Assembly (NCBI GenBank): GCA_002104945.1
Contig: MCFH01000031.1
Coordinates: 186,001 to 250,000 of the forward strand
Source: Piromyces finnis finn
Taxonomy: Eukaryota; Fungi; Neocallimastigomycota
Reading direction: 5' to 3'
DNA: 64,000 nt
The notes beneath the pieces were generated by a model. That model did not search any database and was not told where the DNA came from. It saw only the letters and a program-made list of their open reading frames with translations. Every line of letters starts with the position of its first letter. Position 1 is the first letter of the stretch. This document shows, one piece after another, positions 1 to 14,113 of this stretch. A program made the position numbers and the translations under genes.

Positions 1-1397
1 TACTTGTGATAATTCTTGAGTATCTTCATTAACTTTTTGAATTGCATTTGGAATTGTACTTTGTGATATTGATTCAAAAATATGTATTTGGTCTTGTATC
101 ATTTTACTTTTTTAAAATATTAAAATTAGTTTAAATATATTTTTTTAATTTTTTTTTTTTTTTTAAATTGAATATATAAATTAAAGAAAGGAAAAAAAAA
201 ATACTCTAAGTTATCAAGTTCTAATTTCATGTTATCTGGTAATGCAGAATAATGTGTATCTGGTGCTAAGGTTTGTAAATTAATTGGTTGGGTTGCTCTT
301 ATTTTATTTATTTTAGTTTAATTTAAATAATGAATAAAATATTTTTTAGAGTTAAATTTAAAGGTTATAACAGAAGTATTAAGTAATTTTAATTAATGTT
401 GGCAAATGATTTTTATTTGAATATTTTATCATTATAAGGATGTGTGTTTTTGTATTTATAAATAACATTAATTTGGATGATATTCATTATATTATAATTA
501 TTAAAATTATTAATATTATTTTATTATAAATTAATATATAAAAATAAAGTAATATTCATAAAATATAAGTTAGTTATTATTATTATTATTATTATATTTT
601 AAAGATTTATGTATATACATTATAAGATACTAACGTAGCGCCAGCAGCAGTAGTAGTTGCTGTTGAGCCAAACATACCGGTAGTCTGAGGTTTACTAGTA
701 CCGAATGCGAATCCTGAAGTTGTTTTATTAGCTGTTTGAGGTGTGGTAGTTACTGTTGAACCAAATGAACTCATAGATGGAGCAGAAGTTTTAGCTCCGA
801 ATAATCCACCTGTGGAAGTTGAAGAAGTGGTTGCTCCAAATAAATTTGTGGAAGGAGCAGAAGAAGCAGTAGCTCCAAATAAACTTGTAGTAGGAGCAGA
901 GGAAGCAGTAGCTCCAAATAAATTTGTGGAAGAAACAGAGGTTGTTGTTGTTCCAAATGTATTAGTGGCAGGTGCAGAGGTAGCAGTAGTACCAAATGTA
1001 AATCCTGAAGATTGTTTAGAAGTTGAGCCAAAAAGGCCAGTAGTTGGTGTAGAGGTAGTAGCTGTAGTACTACCGCCAAATTTAATTCCAGTGGTAGTTG
1101 TATTTGCTTGGGTATTGCTATTATTACTTCCGAAACTTTTTAATTTTTTATTGAATAGATTATCACATATATAATTTTTTTCAATAAAAATGTGATTAAA
1201 TCAATTTGAAATTTGGTATGTTTAATATTTCAATTAATGATATTTAAAAATACATTATTTTTTATAATTGTTAAAATATTTAATGGATTTATTGTATTAT
1301 ATATAATTAAAATATATAAATAAATAATAATTATATAAATGAGCATTACATTAACATTTTAATAATACATAAGAATTATAAACAATTACCTGAACAT
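1..1397 (-). CDS. FG-repeat nucleoporin, probably Nup49/Nup58-like; multi-exon, 3' end runs off the window start
   Basis: Micro-exon ATGTTCAG (1397-1390) + GTAATT intron splices at AAG (1137-1136) to give MFSFGSNNSNTQ...; Thr/Ser-rich exon with GLFG/NLFG/FTFG/FAFG repeats; later exons give TQPINLQTLAPDTHYSALPDNMKLELDNLE and a coiled-coil-like MIQDQIHIFESISQSTIPNAIQKVNEDTQEL. The true frame is not in the ORF track. Confidence 0.8.
829..935 (-). repeat. 39-nt coding tandem repeat (LFGATASSAPxTx) in the nucleoporin
   Basis: Three copies of ...gctccaaataaa... spaced 39 nt apart. Confidence 0.75.
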
Positions 1398-3114
1398 TTT
1401 AATTATTAATATCTATAATCCTGGAATTCAATTTATTTTATCTTTTTCGTAATTTTAGTATTTTTTTTTTTTTTTTCTATTTAAAATTCTATCGTTATTT
1501 AAAAAAATAATAATAATTTTATTATTATTTTTTAATATTTCTGTTTTTATTGTATATGTATATAAATTGATAATTAGTTAATATTACAATAATTTTTAGT
1601 TTTTAAAAATGGATTTTTTTTTTTATTATTATTTTATGAAATTTCATTATATAGAAAGATTATATATATACATATATTTAAATATTTTGAATTTTGAAAT
1701 TTATAATTAAGAAATGCAAAATTTATATAGATAAAAATTATTTGATTTGATGTATATTATTTAAAATGTTTTAAGATGTTATTATATTATTACATTATTT
1801 AACATTGATGAACATATTGAATTATTAATATGAATATTATTATTTTAATTAATATTATATATCTAAATAAATCATTTTATTAACATTAATATAGTTTAAA
1901 TACTTTACTTTTAAATTATCTTGATATAAAAACTTTTTTTTTTTTTTTGACGTTATATGAATATTTTAAAAAAGTTTTATATTTTATTAAATAAAAGTCA
2001 ACAAGTTTTTTTTATTTAATTAAATAAAATTATTGATTTGAAGAAAATAATAATATTAAAATTTTTAATATTATAGAATTTTTAAAATTTTTTATTTTTT
2101 TGATTGGAAGAATTTAATTATAAAATTTTATGAATGTATAATAATTTTTCGCAAAATGATGAGTATACATGAATAAAAGAAAATAAAAAAAAGTTGAAAA
2201 GTTTTTCAAAAGTAAGAAGTAGAATAAAATATTCAATATATATAAAGTAAGAAAACTTAATATATACATATGTATATAAAGAAGATAACAGAAGAAAGAT
2301 AGTAACAAAAGAGTTCAGTGAAAAATAAAAATAAATAAATTCAAAAATAAATTTATTAGTAATAATTATATAGCAATCAAATTAAAAAAGATTAAAATAT
2401 TAGATAGTTTTTAGAAATAAGTATCATCCAACTTTATAAAAATTATATTATTTTAATTTGTCATTAATTTTAATAATGAATACAAACATATTTATGTAAA
2501 CCAACGTTTAATAATTAACTGAAGAAAACCGTGTATTTATATAAAATGACTTTGTGTTTTAAACATAATAATATCAAAAATAACAAAAATAAACAAATAC
2601 TTTATAACAATATTAATATTTTATGATAATAGATGAAAAAATAATAAGTATAATTATAATAAAAAAAATTAATAAAAATTTAAAAATTATAAAATTAATT
2701 TTAAACGAATTAAGTATAACAGTAATAAAAAACAATACAAAAAGATAATATATTAATATATTTGATTACCATTTCTTAAAATTGATACAATTAAATATTT
2801 AATATAAAAATATTAAAGAATTATATTATAAAGTAATTATTAGTAAGAGAATAAATATATGAGAAAAACTAAGAATGTTTAATTATAATCATTCATACTA
2901 TTAATAATAATAATTATATATATTAATAAAACAATAAGATATAGAAATATTTGTTAATATTTAATATAAAATATAACTTATAAAAAATATCACAAAATTA
3001 AATTCATTATAAAGTAAATAGTTAAAATTACTTATTTTATAATAATATTTTTTAAAAACTTTTTTCATCATTTATTCTTCTTAATTTATACATAAGAATA
3101 GAAGGAAATAATCA

Positions 3115-4821
3115 ATGTTTAATTTTATACTTAAATATTTTAAGAAAAAAGAACCTGTTGTTGTAATACCAGAGCCAGAGATTATTATTGAAAATTTTTT
3201 AGAGGAACCTTATTTTGATAATTCAACTGAACATTTTCTTGATATTATAAGAGTTTTCGTAGTCATAACTGTTCAACAATTTATTTTTATTTTAATATCA
3301 AAATTTATATTAAATAGAATATGGAAAAAGCGTAAACATAGTTTAATATTATCAATTTTTTGTATATGGGGAATGAGTTCGAGTCTTTGTTTGATTTTTT
3401 GGTTTCCTATCTCTATTTTTTTCCAAAATTTTTTTGTTCAAGAATGGATCATTAGTTACTTTGGGGTTTTATGGCGGTGGATGTTTTACAGTAGTATGGT
3501 TTCTTTATATGGTTTAATGCCTGCTGCCTTTTTAGTTAGTGAAACAGAATCTATGGTTGGTACCTGGAATAAATTTAAAGAAGTAACATCAGTGATGACT
3601 TTAATGTATATTCTTTCTATAGGATTGGTATATATATACCAATCCTATTTTTCACTTCATATAACTACTGTTCGTGGATTTTTTGCAATTGTTAATGCAA
3701 TACCTATTATTATTTGTTCCTGGATTTGTGTGATTGCTATACCTTGTGGTATTACTAGTATTTTTAAAAAAATCAAAGATATTCCAGTATCAATTAACCA
3801 TAACCAAGAAATTAAAAATCAGATATATGAAATTAGTTTTGAACATGATCGACTTTCGGTTCAACTTCAACAGATGAATATCAAAGAAGAAAAATTAGTG
3901 AAGGAACAGGAACAATTAGATAATAAATTAACAAATCCTCATAATATTGAACGTCGTAAAGAATGTATAAGAGAGCAAAAGAAACTTTTATATGAAAAAG
4001 AAGATTTAAAAAAGAAAATGAAAGAATTAATGAATGATCAAGTTCAATTAAATAAACAATTAGGATCGTCACCATTTCTTCGTTTAATTATTTTTATTAT
4101 AGCGTTTGTGTCTGTTACTTTTATTTATTTGGGATTATTTGCAAGAATGAGTTATCAAGCCATTGAAGGATTTGATGATTTTATTGGAGTGTCAGAATGG
4201 ATATCGAATTCAGTAAAAACGGTATTTAATCTAGCAGGAATTTCAGATGCCCGTATGGTAAAATTCCATATCATGAACTTACTAGGAGGTATTCAAACAC
4301 GTAAAGTGTTTTCCTTTTTTATTTATCTTTTCTTAGCCTATTGGTTTTTAATTTTTCTTCTTTCACGAGTGTCAAAGCGTACTGCATTTTCACGTATCCT
4401 AGGCAACATTTTCCCGCTATTAATCTTTGCTAGTGTCATACCAGTGATTGTTAAACCTCTTGGGATTAACTCAAAATTTCAAATGTTGAATCAAATCATT
4501 TATACCTGTTTAATTATTTTTTTAATGGTGGCTATTCTTCTAGGATTCTATGAATATCTGTTACCAAAACTTTTACCTAAAAGAAATAAGACTTCAACCA
4601 ATGTTATCATCTGTAATGTCATACTACTTATTATTATATCTTATACCACTCTATTTTTTGTTAAAGTAATGAATATTATTGACATTGATTCAAAAATTGT
4701 TCTCCATTTTTTGGGATTTTTTCAGCAAAATATTTATGCTTTACGATTATATTATACCCTTTATAGAATTATTGTTGTTATTTTCTTTATTTATCCTATT
4801 ATGACCATATTATTAGTATAA
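3115..4821 (+). CDS. LMBR1/LIMR-like multi-pass membrane protein, single exon, 568 aa
   Basis: SLYGLMPAAFLVSETESMVG resembles the LMBR1 motif LFxLMPFAFFFxESEGFxG; central coiled-coil loop; C-terminal LLGFYE..PKRNKTSTNVIICNVILL resembles LMBR1 VVGFYS..PKKDDTTMTKIIGNC. Confidence 0.75.
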   Translation: MFNFILKYFKKKEPVVVIPEPEIIIENFLEEPYFDNSTEHFLDIIRVFVVITVQQFIFILISKFILNRIWKKRKHSLILSIFCIWGMSSSLCLIFWFPISIFFQNFFVQEWIISYFGVLWRWMFYSSMVSLYGLMPAAFLVSETESMVGTWNKFKEVTSVMTLMYILSIGLVYIYQSYFSLHITTVRGFFAIVNAIPIIICSWICVIAIPCGITSIFKKIKDIPVSINHNQEIKNQIYEISFEHDRLSVQLQQMNIKEEKLVKEQEQLDNKLTNPHNIERRKECIREQKKLLYEKEDLKKKMKELMNDQVQLNKQLGSSPFLRLIIFIIAFVSVTFIYLGLFARMSYQAIEGFDDFIGVSEWISNSVKTVFNLAGISDARMVKFHIMNLLGGIQTRKVFSFFIYLFLAYWFLIFLLSRVSKRTAFSRILGNIFPLLIFASVIPVIVKPLGINSKFQMLNQIIYTCLIIFLMVAILLGFYEYLLPKLLPKRNKTSTNVIICNVILLIIISYTTLFFVKVMNIIDIDSKIVLHFLGFFQQNIYALRLYYTLYRIIVVIFFIYPIMTILLV

Positions 4822-5535
4822 ATAAAAACACAACAAAAATCTTTTATGTATATTTTCAAAAAAAAAAAAAAAATAAATAAATATTATTATAGATAAATAT
4901 ATATATAATAAATAAATAAATGAATGAATTAAAAAAATAGATAAAATATATTTATATGTTATGGAAAAAAATATAATTATAAATAAATAAATAAATAAAT
5001 AAATAAGTAAAAAACAATCAAAAACTATAACTTGATAAAAATAAATTATTTACTATCTTTATTTTTTTTTATTATTTTTTTTTTTTTTATTTTTATATTT
5101 ATATTTATTTATATTTATGAAAATTATGAAAAACAACTACTTATAGAGACTTTAAATATAATTTGTTTATGTAGTATTAATAATATAAATAATTACAATT
5201 TCCTTTTTTGATATAACTTTTTAGGTATTAGTTTATAATTATTTAAATGTTAAAATAAGTCTATTTTTAATGTTTTATTATTTTTTTTATTTACTTTATT
5301 TATAACAGAAAACGCAATAAATAAAATAATAAAAAGAAAACTATAATTTATTATTTATTATTATATTTATCATTAGTGTTAATATTTTTATTAAAGTTAA
5401 TCTTTCAATTTAAAAATTGTAAAATTGATTTTTAAAAATGAGATATGTGTATGTAAATCTATTAAGAGAAAAATAATTAATTTTTGTGAAAAGTGAATCG
5501 AATTTGTATTACAAATTATCGGATATTTAAATATT

Positions 5536-5643
5536 TTAACGACATTCCCAGATTTTAACAGTTTGGTCTATTATTAATGAATTATAACAATAAGAATAGT
5601 AATAATTAAATAATTAAATTTTATATTAGCACTTAATCATTAC

Positions 5644-5691
<48 letters not shown>

Positions 5692-7662
5692 TTTACCAAC
5701 ACTACCAGTAGCGATTAAAGGACTAGTCTTATTGAAATCAACACAGGTAATAAAATGTTGATGTCCTTCAATAGTCTTTATACAATGTCCGGTTTTAATA
5801 TCCCAAACTTTCATAGTTTTGTCATCAGAAACACTTATTAAGTATTTTCCATTTGGATGGACAATAATATCACGAATCCAATTATCATGTCCGTTCTATG
5901 AATTAAAATTAATGAAAATGATATAATTAGTCGAGTAATCCTTATTTTAGTATAGATAGCTTTTTTTTCTTCTTTTTCTTTTTTTTTTTTTTCTCTAATT
6001 TCGATACTTACAAAGGAATGAAGACACTGACCATTTAAAGTATCCCAAAGTCTGATAGTTTTATCTCTTGAACCTGAGAAAATATAAAGTCCTGGAGTTT
6101 CTTCTTTCATAGTCTATTAAATATAATATTAGATTTAATAATATATTATAATATATTTTTATTAAATAATTTTTTGAAATTTATTACATACTTCTGTTAT
6201 ACCAGTTAATTCACGAATACTTTGATAACTATTAGTTGGAGCATAAGCTATACATTCAATAACATGATCATGACCTCTCAATTCATTTTTACATTCTCCA
6301 GTATTATAGTCAACAATTCTTATATTCTATTTATTACATATACATTAATAGATACTTTTATAAAAAACTTTTTTTCTATATTCTATTATTAAATATTTTA
6401 CCTTATCATTTGAACAACTAGCGATATATTTTCCATCATCACTGAAAATAGCTGATCTTACCCAATCAGAATGTCCAGTAAAGGTTTTAGTACAAAAACT
6501 ATTATTTTATAATTATTACAATAATTATTATTAAAAACAAATTTAAGTTTAAATTTAAAAACAATCATTTCAAAATCATTATAATCATATATATTAAATA
6601 AATAATATTTATAATCTAACATATATTTAACATATTATCATATCAAAAATATATTTACTCTTATATAACTTACCCAGATGATAATTCCCATATTTTTATA
6701 GTTTTATCTCTTGAAGCACTCATTATAAAATCGTTATTTGGAAGGAAAACACAAGAAGAAATACTGTGATCATGACCATATAATGTTTTTATACAAACAT
6801 AATCATTTTGTGTATCCCATATTTTTATTGTTAAATCAGCAGAGCAAGAAACTATTTTTGAGAATGTTGGTTTATCAATAACATATATATATTATATTGT
6901 ATTTTAAAAAAAAAACAAAAAACAAAAAAGAAAAAGAAAAAATGAATAATTTAACAATTCAATAATAATTAATATTGTATTTTGTTAAATTCATTAAATT
7001 ACCTAAAAAGTTTCCTTTAGAATCAAAGTTTATATCTTGAACTGCTTTTGTATGTCCTTTTAATGTTCTTTCGAATTCACCAGTTTCGTAATCCCAAATA
7101 ATAATTGTGGTATCTTCTGAAGCAGTAGCAATGGATGAAAATAATGGATGAAAAGCAACACTTGTTATTGGTGAACGATGACGGGTTAAGGTAAGTTTTT
7201 CTGGACTTCTTGGTATCCAATCGACAGTATTAGTTGGTTTGCGTATTGGCGCATTGTTTAATTCTTCTTGAACTTGAGCAAGTTTCTTTTCTAATTCCAT
7301 AATCTTTATATTAATATTTTAATATTACATTTATTGTATTTTAATATTTAAATAAATTATGTAAATTGAAATAATTTAGTGAAAATTGTCAAAATTATAA
7401 AAAATATTCAATATATTGGATCTAAAGTTATTTATACTTGATATTTAATATTTATAATATATAAAAAAAAAATTAAATATTGATATTATTGATATATACT
7501 TTTTTTTGTAATCTAATAACTGATACCCATTTTTTTTCTAATAAACCAGAATATCTTTGTTTTCCATCTCCATTATAATCTTCTATAATTGCTTCAGATT
7601 GAAGGGCTTGGAAAGAATTTGTTAATCCATTAATATGGAAATAATCAAGAATTGCTAATCGA

Positions 7663-7693
<31 letters not shown>

Positions 7694-7918
7694 GAAAAAC
7701 AATATTAATTAATATTTATTTTATCTCTTATTTCTATTTAAGTAATATATAAGTAATATATATAGATAGCTTACAGCTCATCATTTTGTTTAGAAGTTCT
7801 ATATTTGTATAATTAAATAGTTAAATGTTTTCATTAATATATTTTTTTATTAAGGAAAATATATATAAAATTTGAAAAAAAATTATAAATTATTGCTAAC
7901 TTACAATAAAGAAGACAT
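5536..7918 (-). CDS. PAC1: LIS1/PAC1/NudF dynein regulator (LisH, coiled coil, WD40), multi-exon
   Basis: Spliced [21 protein letters not shown]...[22 protein letters not shown]...[26 protein letters not shown]...[12 protein letters not shown]...[10 protein letters not shown]; GT-AG junctions visible. Confidence 0.95.
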
Positions 7919-8607
7919 TTTCACTACTATATAAATACATTATGAAATATTTTATTATATAGTAAAATGGTTTATATATATATTAATAAAAAAGTATTTT
8001 AATTATTGTAAATAAAAAAATAGTAAAAATAAAAATATATAATTTATTATTAAAAAATAAATTCCATAATATAATGTTTCTATTTTTTTTTATTAGACTA
8101 GTGAATTTGTTTTATGATGAAGGCTAGATTGCATATGCTTATAGTTTTTTTTATTATTTTTATTATATATATAAAATTAAAGATAAATGTACTATGTGTT
8201 ATTGTCTTTTTTTAAATATATATTTAATTGATTTTTATCTTATTTTATTGATAGTTATAAATATATTATTATTATAAACTTTATTAATTTTTATGTTGAT
8301 ATTTTATTTTAGAATTTTCTTATAATTTATTATTGATAATATATCCAAATTTCTCTTATTTTTTTCTTATTATATAAGTATATGATTTGGTGGTTTAACA
8401 ATAAACCTTAACATAAATAAAAGTTTATTTATAAAAAACAATTAATTGTAAGTATTAATATTAATTGATAATATATTTTAATGTTTACACCCAGTTTAAT
8501 CTTTTTAAATATTTTTTATTATTTTATTGTTTAACCTAGTAAATTAAATCTTAAAATTCTTTTATTTTCATTATAATTTTATTTCTTTTTTCTTTTTTTT
8601 TTCTTTT

Positions 8608-8640
<33 letters not shown>

Positions 8641-9846
8641 TTTGTTTTTGATTTTTTTAAATTATATATATTGTAAATAATAATAATCTCGATATAATTA
8701 TTTAATTTTATAAAAAAAAAAAAAAAAAAAAAAAGTATATTGAATATTTAAAATATAGACTATATATTATTTAGAGCTCCAAAAAATATTGCTTATATCT
8801 ACTTTATATCGATAATGATAGTGTTTTACTTTGCTTTGCTATGTTCTTCTTTGCTTTGTATTTGTTTTTTTATGATATTATCTTTTAAAAAATGACCTTA
8901 ATTTAAAAAATATCAATTTATATATAAAGATTAATATATTATTATTATTATTATTCTAGTAAATTAATTGTATTATATTAAATTTAATATTTAATCTTAT
9001 TAATTAGATTTATTTTATTATTCATACACAAAGTCTCCTTTTTTCCTCTAATAATTTGTAATTACATAGTATGTTACATTAATAATTATTATTTTGAATA
9101 TAAAAATGTATTTAATCGAATATTTATTGGTTTATAATAAATGTAATAACAATGGTGTAAAGTACTGTCACTAACCATTATTAATTTTTATATTAATTTA
9201 AATTACCAAAAGTATTTAATTTATTTAATTAAATAATGGATGATATATTAATATAAAAGTTTTAATTTTTAAAAGCCTTTTTTATGTACCAAAAAAAAAA
9301 TATTAAAAGATAATAAATTTTAAAAATAATAAATGTGTTAATAAATTTTTTTTTTTTTTTTTTGTTTTTTGCAATAGTGATAATATATAAAATAATTAAT
9401 AAGGTAATTAATATAGTCTTTTTTCTGTTTATTTCTTTGTAAAATATTTATCATAAAAGTAATTACTGAAAATTTTTTGTAAATGAGATAATTTATTACA
9501 AAAATTTATAATAAGATATTTATTTGGAAAATTATTTTAAATTATTTTTTTTTAAATTATATTGATTTTCTTTGATAATTTAAAGAATTTTAAACTTGTT
9601 AAACTATAACTCATTTTTTAAGTAATTAAATAGAAATAATAATATTATTAATTCATTAAATTAGTAAAACTACCATTATACTATATGAGAATACTTTATA
9701 ATAAACATACTTATCACTAATTACTATGATGTATTGATACATAAAAAATAGTAGATTAACAATTTAATAGTTTTTACTTAGTATAACTATCATTTTTTTT
9801 AAATAATAACTACCTATATTTTTATAATATTCTAATTAAGTGCATT

Positions 9847-10171
<325 letters not shown>

Positions 10172-11354
10172 TTTTTTATTCCTTAATTTTAAAAAGAGGA
10201 ATAGAATACAATAAGAAATATAAATACTTTTTAAATATTTAAGAAAGATAAAAAACAAGAAGGCAAAACATGAAAATTAATAGATATAATTAGCTTTTAA
10301 TAAAATATACCTTAAGGATTTTAAAATGTGTCAATAATATTAGTTATTTAAACTTAATAGTAATAGTAAATAGCTATCATCGGCAGTGATTTTTAGTTTG
10401 ACTAAAAGAAATTTTTGAAATTTTTAAAGAATAAATTTAAATTTAAAAATATAAATTTATATTTATATTTATCAATAATATTTTCAATTAAAAGTAGTTT
10501 TTGATTGTTTTTATTATTTTTATTACGTTTTTATTCTTTGATATATTTTATAAAAAAATATATATATATAAAATATAACAAAGTATAACAATTACTATAA
10601 CATTTGATATATGCTATATTTATTATTTTAATATTGTAGTTAAAGCAAGAACAAAAACAAAAAAAAAAAACTAAATTATTTTAAATTTAAATACTCCATC
10701 TTCATAGTTTTTTATTTTTATGCTTTAAGATTTTATTTTATTTTTATTATAATAATATTTTATTAATAATAAAATTTAGATGTATTTTCATTTTAATTTA
10801 AATATTATAATTATTTTGGGGGAATTTTCAATTTTATTATTACTTATTTTAGTATTTAATATACTTTTGTAGATAATGATAATTTCAAAATAAAAAAGTT
10901 AAATAAATATATATCTTAATTATATTTAGTAAATAAAAAAAAATGAAGAGTAAAATCATAAAATATAGTTAATAGTTGCTTTAATATTTTTATTTTTTTT
11001 AAATTCATTGTTACTATTAAATATTAATATATTTATTTTCAATTTAAAAAGAGCATGCTTTAATGCTTAAAACATACTATTAAAATATGTTTTTATTATA
11101 GCAAAATAAAATGATTCTTATAACATTTTATTATAAAATATTTCCTGTTATAAAAAATGTTTTTTTTTTAATTAATAATTAGTATATCTTTTTAAATATT
11201 CTATTAGTAAATATGAATTTTCCATTTATAATAATTATTAAATAAAAATTAGAAAGTGTTATTCTGAAAGCTTAAAAACATTAATATCATAAATAATTTT
11301 TTATTTCCTCTTTAAATACTTAATATCATGTATAATAGATTAACGTGGATAAAG

Positions 11355-11388
<34 letters not shown>

Positions 11389-14113
11389 GAAATATTGCCA
11401 TATTTAAAATGTATAAAAAAAATGTTTTTTTAATAGGATAGATGAATCAAAAAACTTTATTTATTAATATTTCTATTTAATAGGATTAATTTCTTTATAG
11501 TTTGTTTACTTTTTACTATTTTAATTAAACCATAAAAAGATTATATTTCCTTTTATAACAAAATTTGAGATTAATATAATAATAATAAAATAATAAAATA
11601 ATAAATTTTATTTCTAATAATTTATGATTTCGATTGTTTTTATTTTTTTATTTTTAAAAAAATAGGTATTTTTATCATTAAAATTATAATAATCACAAAA
11701 TAAATATATAATAAAATGATGAACTATCAAAACTTATTATAAACGTAATAATATCGTAGAATGGAATCATTACTACTATTAATTGCATTACTATTATAAT
11801 TATTAAATATTTATATTTATATATTATTATATTATAGAGTTTATTTTCTTAATATATGATTATATAATTAATAGAATCATAAAGATTGCTTTACAATCTA
11901 GTAATTTATTTTAATTTTTTATTATAAATGTTATACTTTTTTGAAAAGTAATATCATCAAAAAACAGAATTATCATTAAAAAGATTATTTTTAATATTTA
12001 ATAGTGATATAGTATACAATTTAAAATTCTTTTTCAATTATTTTAATATTATTAAAATTATCTATAAAAATTCTTATTGTATGTTTTTCTTTTTTGTATT
12101 TATTAGAATGCTCTTTTTCAAATTAACTCCAAAATATATTAAATAATTAATTATATTTGTGTAACAACTTAAGTTTTGATTAAAAATTATTGGTTATTAA
12201 GTAGAATTAAGTAATTAAGTTTTTTAAAAAAACTTTTTTGGGGTATTTTCAAAATAACCATAAATTTAAACATTTTAATATAAAGTTTATTATTATCTAT
12301 ACTTTAAAGTTATTAATATATTTATAAACAAATTTTAATTTATTAATAAGAAAAAAAACTATATTCTATACCTTTTGTGTAACTTTAACAATTCCATAAA
12401 ATTAATCAATTTTAAATAATTAATTTATTTTAAAACTAACAGAATTTTTAGAATAGAAAATCAGTTTAAAGAGTTTTTATATTGTACCTATTATAAATAT
12501 ATATATCAATATCAATTTTAAAATATATTAATTATAAATTATATAAATTATTTTAATTATTAGTTATTATAATCATTAACAATTTTATATATTATCCATT
12601 CTTAGTAAATGAAAATATTGATTTCTAAGAAATATTAAATTAACAAAATTTAATTAAAAATTAGAAAAATCGATTAAATCATTACGCAAAATTACCAAAA
12701 ATAGAAATTAACATATGATAATGAAAAAAGAGTAGATTCAATAACTTAATTTGATATATATACCATTCAAAGTAATTAAAAAATTCATAATAAATAATAT
12801 AAATAAATAATAACTATTATCTATTTATAATATAGTATATAATCTATAAATTCCTTTATAATAACCGCTTTAAAAATACTTTTTTTTCTACATATGTGAT
12901 TTAATTTTTCAGAGTTAGTAGAACAAAAAAATTTTTTATAAAACAAGAATTATTTAAATTTTATTAAAATGGAAATGCAATTTCCTATTAATCTTTTTCT
13001 TCGTGTAACGTAAGAACCAGTCGATCATATTGTCAATTTTTAAGATTTTTATTTTTACTTATTATATAATTATTATATAATAAACAAAGTATTATATTAT
13101 ATTAGTTGTTGTGTTTACCTTTGTATACCTTTTAAAAACAATATATTAGAAGGGATATATATTTTTTCTATGAAATAAAGAAGGTAATTGAAAGTATTAC
13201 CGATTATAATTATAATGTATATTATCAAAGTTGTTGAAAGATTCTCGTTTTATGCTTAACATTACATCAAAACAAGTGTAATGTTCAACATAAATTTACT
13301 CTATATATCATGCTTTTTAAGCTTAAAATTTTAAATTTATACATATTTTGTGGATTAAATCATAAAAAAAAGAATACAGCTTGAATATATAAGTATTATA
13401 TATATATTTTATCAATTTTGTATATTTAAATAATTTATTATAAAACTAATATTAAGATGAAATATGGGAAATTAAATTATATATATTTTTAATATATATG
13501 AATATATATTAAGATAATACATTTATCATATATTTAAAATTTGTTAAGTAAAAAATATTCAGGGTGATAGATTTTTTTTATTAATTACTAGTTATATAAT
13601 ATTTAAACTGATTGAATGAATAAATAATTTAATTATATATATTATATATAAACAAGTCAATTTATATCATATATTACATTGTAATTATATTTTTAATTAC
13701 ATTTATATTTTCTTTATCATATAATAATAAAAGAATAATTAATAATTTTTGATTAAAAATAAAATTTTTTTATTTAATATATATTTTTTTATTCATATTT
13801 TTCTTTACATTATTATTTTAAACTTTATATTATTTTAGTATAAAAGGATATAAGTTTCCCATTATTTAAGTAACTTTTAAAGGCTTTATATTTATTAATA
13901 TATAAAAGTAAGAAAAAAAAATATACAAGCAAAAAAAAAAAAAAAAAAATAAAAAATTAAAAAGTATTAAATATTATATATGAAATAAAATTATAGACTA
14001 TTACATAAAAATAATTAAATGCAATAAAAAATATATATCTATTAATAATAAAAATAAAATAAAGATATTAATAATTTTATTATAACAATACTTTTTATAT
14101 AGTAGTATAAAAA

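Noticed and set aside
743-1174. 143-aa + strand Val/Glu/Pro-rich ORF and the 771-1079 minus ORF
   Set aside because: Antisense or off-frame shadows of the FG-nucleoporin exon
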